DNA of 64,000 bases, from assembly GCF_964355755.1 (NCBI RefSeq), contig NC_092670.1:30554388-30618387 (forward strand), read 5' to 3'. The notes below the pieces were generated by a model. It did no database searches. It saw nothing but the letters and a program-made list of their open reading frames with translations, and had not been told where the DNA came from. This stretch comes from Antedon mediterranea (Eukaryota; Animalia; Echinodermata). Both the position numbers and the translations under genes were made by a program. How positions within the stretch are numbered: position 1 is the stretch's first letter; every line of letters starts with the position of its first letter. This document shows positions 1 through 10,879 of this stretch, in pieces.

Positions 1-9
1 AATCCACAT

Positions 10-3000
10 ATGAAGTCTGGAGGTCGTGTGCCTCGATCAATCGAAAAGCTACAATTGAAGAATTGTAAATTCCCAGATGAAATATTTCTTCATATTAATC
101 TAATCAATGGCGATAAAGGTGTATATGCAAACGTTTCAGTTGCCGATGCAGAAACACAAGAGATCATTGCAAGATGTTCAAATTTACGTTTCGGACCAGT
201 TGGTAGTAGTAATAGTACTGACGATAACGCACTAAAAATATGGGAGAAAAAATGGGTACCTATAGATATTGGTATGGAAATCAGCGATACAACTGACCTG
301 ATATTGATAACGGGTGATGACAAGAAATTGTCTTTACAGCTTAAGGAGACATTTGCTTCGGTTGGACTTCTTTCAGACACTTACAACGAGACAGATATTC
401 AAACAGTGAAGATAAACATGGATACTACACCCTTGTCGCATGTTATAATCACAATTGGACGTCATAATGAGGATAATCCGAACGAACTTTGCAGAGAACA
501 GTTTTTAGAGTACCATTTCAAAACTGCAGAGATGTGCATCAGTCAATATAAAGCCCTATCAACCAAGAATGACATAAATCCAAAAATATGGTTCATTACA
601 AGAGATGGAGTTTGTGCTAAACAAGATGACATTGTCGATCCTTACCAAACTTACGCCTCAGTGTACGGATTTGGAATAAGTGTAATTCAGGAAAATATGA
701 ATTTTGTTCCTACTATTATAGATATTCCATCAGATGTTAATAATAAAACAACAGCTAGATGGTTGCTGAAATATATCAGAAGGAGTGACACTGATGAGAC
801 ATTCATTGCATTACGCCATCACAAATCATCTTCAAAACCAACAGATGAATTTAAAACGTATGCATACCGTTTGCGCATAAGTGATATCTATGACTTTCCC
901 TATAAAAAGTCATCCAAACAATGGAAACTTGACATCCGTCAAAGTATTCAGACAGGGAGACTTTTACTGAAAAAGTACCTTCCAACCAATGACGAAACAA
1001 AGCCTACAGAATTTTCAGCGGTAACTATTGAAGCATTCATGCTACTGTTAGGCGATTCTGAAGACTCAAATGGAGTTGCACACCCAGTGGTTATGTTTTG
1101 TGGTCATTCAGGCCAATCCACTGTGATTGGTGTTTGTTCTTCAAACGACTTACAATCTACAGTGCAAGTTAGTGCCAAAGATCTAATTGCACTCAACACC
1201 AACCTTCCTTCTACAAAAGTCATAAACATTGTCTCATCATACTTGCTTCCATTTATTATTGTCCGTGATCTAAAACCAAGCGGTACGACTATTGTTTGCA
1301 TGGAATCAATTGATGACACACACTGTTTAGCTGTTGCACACATGGCTATAGAACTAGGTCACACTGTTCTGGTAGTTGTTACACGATTTCCAGAAGAATA
1401 TACCAGTAATTCAGATACTCTGCTACGATTTGTTCACAGTCGAGATGCAATGACAGCTCTAAATACACAACATGTTGGCTGTGTAATCGGACGTAAATCG
1501 CACGTAACCGAATTATTACGATCTAATAAAGGAGTAAGACAAAAGTTGACACCATTTGCAACAATTGGGATATTGAAAACCAACGAAGACGATTCTACTG
1601 GCTGCCTTGGTCTTTCGAAAAATACTAGAATTGTCGTTTACAGTTACGAATTACCATTAATTGGTAAATTTCACCAAGTTGAGCATATTTTAAAAACTAT
1701 GTTGGCCTTGTTTGAGAAATCATCAACACTGTCCAGTAGACAAAAAGTCAGTTTAAAAATTAAACACTTAAAGGATGTTAAAACCTACGATCTATTTTTG
1801 TTTCAAGATGTTATATTCTCTACTGGTATTAACGAAGCCGTTCCTTTAATTTGGGATTTTTCTGGAAGCGAGACTAAATTTAGTATGAGCAATTCTTATA
1901 TTGTAACTGGTGGTACGACAGGATTCGGCCTCAGTCTTGTAGAATGGTTGGTGGATAACGGAGCTGGACATATTTTCATCCTAAGTCGATCTGTGCCAGA
2001 CTCAATAGCAGAGAAATTGCTAGATAACCTTAGAAGTCGTGGAATACAAATAGTACACATCAAAACAGATATTTCACAAAGATCAGATGTTGAGCATGCA
2101 TTCGAGAGTGTTTTGAACATTTCGCCTAACTCTTTATCTGGAGTATTTCACTGTGCTGCACAATATGATGATAGGCTTATTGAGAACATCACACAAGAAA
2201 GCTGGAGTAGAGTGATGGCAACCAAATCCTGGGGTGCTCTTTTACTACATCAGACGTCTATTAAGTTCATGGTTAAATTGGAATATTTTGTACTGGTTTC
2301 TTCTGTAGTTCAGTTAGTAGGAAACGCAGGTCAGGCAAGTTACTGTGCTGCTAATACATACCTTTCATCTCTTGGTCATTATCGTAGAAAACAAGGCTTA
2401 CCAGCAACTGTCTTGTGTCCAGGAGTAATCGGAGACACTGGGTTTGCAGCACGAGAACTTCTTATTGATTTTTGGGAAAGAAAAGGAATAGAAAGTTTGC
2501 CAGCAAAGCAAGTGCTACATTTTCTTGATGTAATGCTTAATTGTTCTATATTTGAAATGGGTGTAACGGGAAATCTTCGAATTGATGATGTCATAACAAA
2601 GTACAGAGGTATCTTAAAACAACACGACAATACAGATGGTTCATTCATGCTAGTAGGATTTTCTTCTGAGAGGTATTTGGGCACAATTGAAGATAGCGGT
2701 AATCTAATTAATCAAAGTCCAGATGAAGCCGAGGCGTATATTCTACAGAAACTCTGTAGTTTCATATCCAAACGTATTGGTTTAACTACTGATATTTCAC
2801 CAAACACCTCACCGTCTTCTCTCGGAGTCGATTCTTTAACTGCAACTGAATTGAGCGACGACATTCAAAAAACATTTCATGTTCCATTACCATCTATGGA
2901 ATTGATTAATGTAAATGCGACCGTTCAAACTCTGTCAGTGTTGATCTATAAAAGGATTGTAGAGCAAAATATGGATATAGAAAAAGACAAAAACGAACAT

Positions 3001-3021
3001 GTGAACGTGAATGAAATGTAA
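10..3021 (+). CDS. C-terminal part of an animal type I (FAS-like) polyketide synthase: DH end, KR structural subdomain, degenerate ER, KR catalytic domain, ACP. The 5' part (KS-AT) is outside the window.
   Basis: KR NADPH motif YIVTGGTTGFG, GVFHCAAQYDD, catalytic K (ATKSWG) and S/Y/N (VSSVVQLVGNAGQASYCAAN). ACP phosphopantetheine motif LGVDSL. KR structural motif WFITRDGV...YGFGISVIQE. Stop comes ~60 aa after the ACP Ser with no thioesterase. The frame is open from base 1. Confidence 0.9.
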   Translation: MKSGGRVPRSIEKLQLKNCKFPDEIFLHINLINGDKGVYANVSVADAETQEIIARCSNLRFGPVGSSNSTDDNALKIWEKKWVPIDIGMEISDTTDLILITGDDKKLSLQLKETFASVGLLSDTYNETDIQTVKINMDTTPLSHVIITIGRHNEDNPNELCREQFLEYHFKTAEMCISQYKALSTKNDINPKIWFITRDGVCAKQDDIVDPYQTYASVYGFGISVIQENMNFVPTIIDIPSDVNNKTTARWLLKYIRRSDTDETFIALRHHKSSSKPTDEFKTYAYRLRISDIYDFPYKKSSKQWKLDIRQSIQTGRLLLKKYLPTNDETKPTEFSAVTIEAFMLLLGDSEDSNGVAHPVVMFCGHSGQSTVIGVCSSNDLQSTVQVSAKDLIALNTNLPSTKVINIVSSYLLPFIIVRDLKPSGTTIVCMESIDDTHCLAVAHMAIELGHTVLVVVTRFPEEYTSNSDTLLRFVHSRDAMTALNTQHVGCVIGRKSHVTELLRSNKGVRQKLTPFATIGILKTNEDDSTGCLGLSKNTRIVVYSYELPLIGKFHQVEHILKTMLALFEKSSTLSSRQKVSLKIKHLKDVKTYDLFLFQDVIFSTGINEAVPLIWDFSGSETKFSMSNSYIVTGGTTGFGLSLVEWLVDNGAGHIFILSRSVPDSIAEKLLDNLRSRGIQIVHIKTDISQRSDVEHAFESVLNISPNSLSGVFHCAAQYDDRLIENITQESWSRVMATKSWGALLLHQTSIKFMVKLEYFVLVSSVVQLVGNAGQASYCAANTYLSSLGHYRRKQGLPATVLCPGVIGDTGFAARELLIDFWERKGIESLPAKQVLHFLDVMLNCSIFEMGVTGNLRIDDVITKYRGILKQHDNTDGSFMLVGFSSERYLGTIEDSGNLINQSPDEAEAYILQKLCSFISKRIGLTTDISPNTSPSSLGVDSLTATELSDDIQKTFHVPLPSMELINVNATVQTLSVLIYKRIVEQNMDIEKDKNEHVNVNEM

Positions 3022-4050
3022 CCAACGCAATGTATGTGTCTATCTGTATCGGTAACCTACTGTGATAGATGAATGGTAGAATAAGCGCTAAAGATCTCAC
3101 GGATGGACGTCTATAATTAGGTGATATTAAACAGATCACCCTTTGTTATTGTACAATATAATAATACTAATAATGGTTGATATTTCATATAATTTAGTTA
3201 GATATTATTATAGCACACCGAAATATTATTGCTATTTGACCATTTGAATTGTTGGTTTAGTATCATGTGGCCTTCAAAGTGAACCGTTAAAGTGATTTGC
3301 AACGGCCTGAAGGCTTGTTTAAACAGTTTTAAGTAAAACCTGATAGACACCCTACAAAATGCTCCGTCTAAATGATTCTGTTCCATGCTCAATATATGAG
3401 CACTGCTCTACTGCTTTACAGTCTGGGCATTCCATTTAATATAGAAGAATGGGGTTGTGTATTTGAAATACATGGGACTAGGTGTGTTATAAATCAAATA
3501 ATGAATGCTCTGTATTTGTTTAATAGAGATAACATTTTCAATAACAGTGTTCCATATCCAATGAGGCGGAGCCGAGTTTGATAGAGCTCGCTATTAAACT
3601 CATAAACGTCATTATTTGTATAATAGTTACAGTAGCCACAGTATAGTGTTGTTACCTAATCAATTTAAACATATTAATCCACAAAAAAGATTTCACCGCT
3701 GTTGCTTTTTGTGGTTGAACAAATTAAAATTTTATTATAATAATTTTAAAATAACAAATGTTATAGTTTGATAGGATATAGTCATAGAGCAGTAACGTTA
3801 AACACATTTTCCTACGTTTTCCGATCTAATTTAAGGTCAGAAATTACATCTTATATAAAAATAAATAGTATTGGGCTTATTAACTAGCTAATTTTCTTCT
3901 AAAATAAAAATGTAAGCGGACTGTTATAAATATCAGCATATATCGCGCGCGGATTGATATATTTGTGTTGCTTAGGCTATGTGATGCACCTACATTCGAT
4001 CGATCGTGAAGGGAAAACAAATGAAAGAACCGTAACTTTTAAACAAACGT

Positions 4051-6500
4051 ACCGATCGTCCCCAGTGTGTGTTAACGGATTCTGCTAAAAGAAAAATAAC
4101 TCAGCATAGAGACAACGCTAGGCAAGGGATACTCTAGTGTACGATGTTCGCATGGGCCTTTGTTTCCCACCAGCTAGAAGAAGACCACTGACGCGAGAAA
4201 ATTCGACGCGAGCTGCTTAGGTAGTGCATTGTTTTTCTCTTTTTTTTGTTTTATCATAATTAACCTTACAACGTACATTTAAGACAATGAACGGCCTGAT
4301 TTAATGTTTTATTGTAATATAGATGCATTACCAGTTATGTAATAATGAATGTTTAAAGCAATTTATGAATTACATTTGTGCACGTGCTATTTCCACTCCT
4401 TTTCTTTTTCATTTCTACTTGCAAATAAGTTGAAATATAAAAATTGTAGTACTGTATAACGACATTTGACGCCAGCTCATTGCAATCATTGTTAGTATTA
4501 ATGTTGTGGTTTATATAATAGAATGTTTAAAATTCACACATGTTTCAGCATTGTATGTGATGATTAAAATAGCAGTTTTATTATTTTCATTATCAAGCGT
4601 TCATCTTTAAATTAAATACAAATTTACATTGGCAGCAAAAGGCTTAATTGTTGTATATGTATTTATTATAAATAATATTGAATTTACAAAATAACGCAAT
4701 ACAACTTCACACATCGAAACACATCGAAGGACACATTTTGACAACGTATTAAGATGATGCATTTGTTATCAGAACAATTGCAAGGTTTCCGCATGGATTA
4801 AAGAATTAGAAGGATATGCATCGACGGTGACATCAAACGATTTTACAACGCGCTTGCCTATACTAAAGCACTGCTGCCAATCAAACATTGAACTCCGTGT
4901 CTCTAACCGCGGCCCTCTGTAGAACGCTGCGAATCAACTGCTACATTTTTTTTAGACCAACACGTAACCATGTAGAAATCGTATGCGCAGTCTGAATGTT
5001 CTATTGACATGTCTGCGTCGATGATTAATTGACAACAAAAATGTATTGCTGAACAATTCTGTTTTAGTTTCATAACAATCGGACTACAAAAAGTTCACTT
5101 TCTTACGACTGGTAATTTTAAGTAGTTGGTAATATTAATAAAATATGCAATTTTTATATTTGAATTATCATTATTTGCCTGCCATCTTCTGTCATTAAAA
5201 ATTGCGTTAATCTATAGAATATTAAATTGTGCATTTGACCATGTATGTTGTTAGCGTGTCCGGTGTCCACACATAGAAAAATCGTGTTTTTAATATATGG
5301 CTAAGCAGTGGTTTCTTCATAAATCTCCTTAATTATCGATGTAATTATATTTAAATTTTAGTGCCTGGTGATTGGCTAGTGGTTATTTCATCCACATCAC
5401 ATCCAATCACCGGGCCTAATTGAATGAAAACAGCGATCCCTGATTGGATTGCGATACGTTACCTAGCGGTCGTTTTGAAAAGTACACGCAGGGCAAACTT
5501 AATCACGAACAAAAGTACCTATTATTATTCACACAAGAAAGACAACGGTGAGTATATAGATCATGATTACACGTTGTATCTACTACACTTGATATTAGCC
5601 TAGGCCTACCTAGGCAGTATCAATGTCGGCAAATCATATGGTGTACTAGTAAGCCTAGAAGGCCTAGGCCTAGTATCCTTGCTGATTTTGTAATTTTACA
5701 TGTAGGCTGAGACAACAAATAGTTATTGTCTCAGATGTAGGGCTACTACAGACAGGTCATAAAATGCTACTTTATTGTCATAAAAACATTAGCGTAGATC
5801 AATCGCGGCAGAAACCTATACTACAATTATAGCATCTACAATTCTAAGCCAATAACAATATAGTATTGTTTTTATCTGGTATATTGATGAAGACGTAGGC
5901 CTACACTAGGGTCTTCACAATAACATACAATGTAATTTAATATTAACTGTTTTCAATAAACATTATACTCAGTGGCGTGAGGCAGAGGCCTGAAGCCACT
6001 TTGTTTAGGAAACCTAAGTGGCCCTCCAAGTTTCAAAGATCGAGCCCTCGGACGTTTTTAGCATTTTCGACATATTTTATGCCTGTTCCTCTGGGCACTG
6101 CTCATGGGCCCCAAGCTTCAGGGCCTTTGGGTTTAGCCAGTAAGCGCACATAGCCGTTACGCCACTGATTATACTGTTCAAATATGTATGAATATATACA
6201 GTGCAACAAAGAACGCGCCAAAGAAGCGTAGCCAACAAGGTTAAATGTCGTTGCACATGTGCAGTAAAAAATATATTAGGCACGCGACCGTTTCGTTGTT
6301 GCCATGCGGTTAATTAAACTGTAACATTGTGGGCGGTCCGCGATCTTTCGGCGAGAGTCAAGGAACCCTTGATCTCACGTTGATGCATATCCTTCTATTC
6401 TTTAATCCGTGGTTTCCGTAATTGTGAATTTACTGTGACTGCATTACAAAACGCACCGATCTTTCCCAGTGTGTGTTAACGGATTCTGCTAAAAGAAAAT
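4051..6500 (+). repeat. Dispersed ~45-bp direct repeat (copies at ~4051-4095 and ~6456-6500), probably remnants of a non-autonomous element
   Basis: ACCGATC..CCCAGTGTGTGTTAACGGATTCTGCTAAAAGAAAA at both sites. Confidence 0.55.
5970..6167. mobile_element. hAT-type MITE (198 bp)
   Basis: TIRs CAGTGGCGT...ACGCCACTG; perfect 8-bp TSD ATTATACT (5962-5969, 6168-6175). Confidence 0.85.
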
Positions 6501-7032
6501 TGTGAATTTACTGTGACGTCATTAATTTACATTGCGACGCATTCATTGTGACGTCAACATCATAGGAATCCGCCAATTCTTGCTATTTTTACTCTTGTTT
6601 ATGTATAGGATTAAATTTAGCTAAGATTCTTGACTGCAATTAGATATAATACTTCAGCTGGAATCACCACCGGCTATGCCAAAACATAAATGTCGGTTGT
6701 TTTTATGGAACGCAGGTAATCTCGTCTCTACGGTGAAGACATGCTCTTACACTCTTTTATTATACTCTTATAATACATCACGCTCTTATAATCTGTTAGT
6801 ATGCTCTTACCTAGACTTCCCAAAGTCTGTATTTATTTCGAGGCTTTTTGTTGTTTGTCTGAAATCAGGCCTGAAATACAGACTTGTACAGACGTGTATA
6901 GAAACTGAGTTGCAGACCGTAAAAATCAGATGAGAATGACGTTTTTTTAAGTTACAACAACAAGTCTAGGACTAGCGATCGTACTGGCAAACGCCAATAT
7001 GTGCCTAGTATACCACCGGAATTATTACCACG

Positions 7033-7374
7033 CCCGGGACGCGATTTGTTTTCGTACATAAGTTGGGAACCCCATGTGAAAGATAGCCGAACTACTTCCT
7101 AAATATAACTAAACCTAACCCTCTAAATAATCTCTCTCTCTCTCTCACTTTAAAGTAAAAGAAGTAGCTCATGGGAGTCGAACCCCATACATCGACATGT
7201 AAAGTCCATAGTCGTATCCACTCGACTACACAGACGGCTTGACGGCGGCGAATGGTAGTTAGCTCAATTCTTACGTCAGACTTTATGGATATGACTAATA
7301 AATATTCCTGTTTATTTTGTGACGTTTCACGAGGGGTCCCCAACTTATGTACGAAAAGAAATATCTCGCCCGGG
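7033..7374. mobile_element. 342-bp MITE with a tRNA-like centre
   Basis: ~45-bp TIRs (CCCGGG...TTTTCGTACATAAGTTGGG / CCCAACTTATGTACGAAAA...CCCGGG); 6-bp TSD ACCACG (7027-7032, 7375-7380). Confidence 0.75.
7165..7237 (-). other. tRNA-derived sequence (Pol III A box/B box), not a functional tRNA
   Basis: Minus strand TAGTCGAGTGG (A box) and GGTTCGACTCC (B box) at tRNA-like spacing; acceptor stem pairs poorly. Confidence 0.6.
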
Positions 7375-7776
7375 ACCACGCCGCAGGGCAGGGTGGAATT
7401 AATGATAACAATTATAAGATCCAGTTTTCCTGTTCTTAATAAAATTTCATTACTCTGTAAGCTGTTTTCCACACTAGGCGTATAAAATCATTTCCATATC
7501 TAGCATTCACATAAACTTTTACATCCTCATGAACATCAACAAGAAGCGAAATGCAGTTCGTGTACACTCAAATTAAATATACGTCTCCACGTCGTCAAAA
7601 CAAAACAGAGCGCATGCGACTATTTTTTTCCAAGGAGTTTTGAAAAAAAGCCACCCACAAAGTTTTCTCGTTGAGAAATTATATAATGATTCGATCGGAG
7701 TAAGACGCTTACACAACGAGCTCCTGAAACGCACTACTTAGCATATTCATTTTCTCTAGGCCAATCACGACAAGCC

Positions 7777-8479
7777 ATGTCACGATCGACACGAGCAAAT
7801 ACCAAGCCCGCTGAATTCGAAAGCGAAGACCAGCTATCGTTTGAATCGTTTGTTAAAAAAAACTTGAATCGATTTTAAAAGGCCAAGAATCTAATAAAGC
7901 TGAGCTTTACGAAGCAATATCGTTTACTTCTGCTAGAATAGATGCCCTTGAAGATGAAAACAAGGAATTAAAAACGACTGTCACAGAGCTGACAACAACA
8001 GTTGCTAATTTACAAGGTAGTACAACTGACCTGTTAGCAAAAATTAACAAGACGGAACGCTTTTCTCGTCGTAATAACGTATAAGAATTGTTGATGTGGA
8101 AGAGAACACAAAAGAAAACTGTAAGTTAATCTTTGAGAAAATTCTTTCCGATTTTTTCACACTCGATCCCAGGCCAATAATCGAACGGGCCCACCGAGAT
8201 GGTAAAAGTATAAACGGTAAGCCAAGGCTTATTATCATTATCATTGCCCGTTTTCTCTCATACGCTTCTAAGATTGAAGTTATGAAACAACGAAGTTCTG
8301 CTCTAGATAGCCAGACATTTTATATCATAGATGATCTTACTGCTGCCGATCTACTGGAAAAAAAGAAATGGAGATCACAAGTAAAAGAGATGTACAATAA
8401 AGGTACCAAGCTTCGTTTTACGGCTGGAAAATGGCGAATTTCAACTGGCATTCCGGTAAACTTTTCGAAATTCCATTGA
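7777..8479 (+). pseudogene. LINE ORF1 (coiled coil + L1-ORF1/Transposase_22-like RRM and CTD), two frameshifts
   Basis: ATG at 7777; heptad region RIDALEDENKELKTTV; ERFSRRNN; IIERAHR..KPRLIIARFLSY; YIIDDLT. Confidence 0.8.
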
Positions 8480-8947
8480 AATAGTTCCGGTAAACTTTTC
8501 GAAATTCCATTGCCATACTAGTGATCGGAATGTTGTTGTAAACACTTGAACTGTTTAAGAAACATTTCTTCTTTACAAATTCAATGCATTATTAAATTTA
8601 ACAACAGACTAAGAATCTTTTATCCATTATTTTCCTTACATCTGCATACTTTGCTTAATTTGTATAAGCCTCTTGATTGATTTTACATAATAATTTTACA
8701 ATAGCGTTTTCAGGAGTCTGTTCTCACATAATTGCATTGTCATAAGATGTTTAAACCACTTAAAACCATTTATTCACCTTTGTTTTATTGTTACCCCCCA
8801 ATTCTTAACTTGTTTCTTTATATTTACGTTCTTGTTCTTTTCTGTTTTTTACGTAACATTACCAGGCATCTTTTATTACATACTATTGAATAAACTGATC
8901 ACATTATGTACCGCTAGATATTCTCATGGACCCTTTTGACAATATAG

Positions 8948-9629
8948 ATGCATTCCCATTTAATCACATTATCGATAATGATGAATTCTTTCATGTCATT
9001 CACTATTACTTTTGTATACTATAGAATTGACTTTGATAGATTTAATTCTTTAATTTTTAACCCTTTTGATATTAATTTTAAAGATGTTATTAATGACAAC
9101 GATGCCCAATTATTTTCCGAAAACATTGACTCTTGTGCCTATGAATATATCGATAGTCTTAAAAACAAATATTCAACACAAGATTATTCATTTAGTATCT
9201 TTCACTTAAACGCACGCAGTCTTGTTGAACATTTTAACGATATCAATGTATGCGTAGGTGCTATTAACCATGAATTCTCAGCACTATGCTTCACCGAAAC
9301 TTTTTTTAATCATAATACGCCCTTTTCCTTTTATAATATTCCCAATTATTACCTCTTGCATGTTCCACGAGCTGATAGACCAGGAGGAGGCGTTGCCATT
9401 TACCTACACCAGATATTTAAATATATTCTTCGCCCTGATTTATCATTTATCATTACTAATGGTTCGGAATCTCTTTTCATTGAAATCGATGCACAACCCA
9501 AAAACATAATCCTTGGAGTAGTATATCGTTTGCCTGAATTATCCATTAACACATTTAATAAAGATATCTCTAATTTAATTGACACCATTAATAATGAGAA
9601 AAAACAGCATATATTTCAGGAGACTTTAA
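8948..9629 (+). pseudogene. LINE ORF2 N-terminal APE endonuclease (5' part)
   Basis: IFHLNARSL, LCFTETF, RPGGGVAIY, LGVVYR; ends in (A)YISGDF after a frameshift in an A-run near 9600. Confidence 0.85.
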
Positions 9630-9791
9630 AGGCCAGGTGAGGGCCAAAAATTTCTATTGATCATACAGTTCAATAATTATTGATCTATAGTTTCCCCTAT
9701 GTTTCATAATTTTTGGGATTTTATTTGTGTTACACAAGCTTGTTGAAAATAAGCACTTTCTTATCAGTGGGGGGATAGTTCAAATTACACA

Positions 9792-10272
9792 AGTAGTATA
9801 ATACCCCGTTCAGTCCAATGAATAATTCATAAATTAATTAATGAATATTAATATATTAATTATGAGTGTACTATTTATGAATAATTAATATTTTAAAGGG
9901 TATTATTTATTAATAAATTAATAAATTAATTAATTATGAGAGGGTAGTTTTTAAGAATAATTAATATTTTAAATGGTATTATTATGAATAAATGAATTAA
10001 TTAATTAGGTATGAGAGGGTAGTTTTATGAATATTTAATCATTCAAATGGTATTATTTATGAATAAATGAATTAATTAATTAGGTATGAGGGGGGGGGGG
10101 GGGGTAGTTTTATGAATATTTAATAATTCAAATGGTATTATTTATGAATAAATGAATAAATTAATTTGTTTAGCGATCTCTGTCCAATGAAGAAGTAATG
10201 AGATGTTTTAATATTCATGAATATTAATATATTTTTATTAATATGAGGGGTGTTTTAATGAATAATTAGTAA
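9792..10272 (+). repeat. Polinton left TIR with internal ~70-bp AT-rich tandem units
   Basis: Reverse complement of 27158-27629; recurring ATGAGAGGGTAGTTTTTATGAATA..GGTATTATTTATGAATAAAT units. Confidence 0.92.
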
Positions 10273-10879
10273 ATGAGTGATAGTTTTATATATAATTTTT
10301 AAACGTAATACATGTATTACATAATGTTTAAATAAATATTTACGTTTAAATATTAAAGACAATGTGCTTACCTTCATTGAGAAGTCTGATGTACAGTTTA
10401 ATGAATAAAATCCACAAGTTTAATCAGCTTTGATTACTGTTTTTTATGTTTGTATAAGGACAAAATCATAACATCAATTCGCTGTCTTTCCATGGAATTA
10501 GTTTACAGTATGTATGTGAGGCGTGGACAGGTCATTTTTTGTAATTCTGTGATTTTAGCGGGTATGTGACGTCATCCGGCAATGAACCAATGAGATTACT
10601 TATAAGCATAATGTTAATGAAATTAGAATTCGTTGTCCTTGTTGAGATATTCAAAGATATTAAAAGTTATTTAATTATTTTATTAGTTTTTTATCCTTTT
10701 GTTTTTCGTTTAGTTACATAACCGCATTATTTTTTAAGGGTATTCCTTCAATATATATAAGTGTAACGAATTGTTTGTTATTCATTCTCTTTCAGTATCT
10801 ACATAGATAGTTTGAAAAAGGTTATTTACCGAACTTTATTTCTCATCGTTATAGTAGTATTACTGACATAATTAACGAA

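Noticed and set aside
10-3021. Bacterial contamination or recent horizontal transfer of the PKS
   Set aside because: It is contiguous with animal transposons and spliced genes and similarly AT-rich; lack of introns alone is not enough. A KS phylogeny would be needed.
7165-7237. Functional tRNA gene
   Set aside because: A and B boxes are present but the cloverleaf stems pair poorly and it lies inside a MITE
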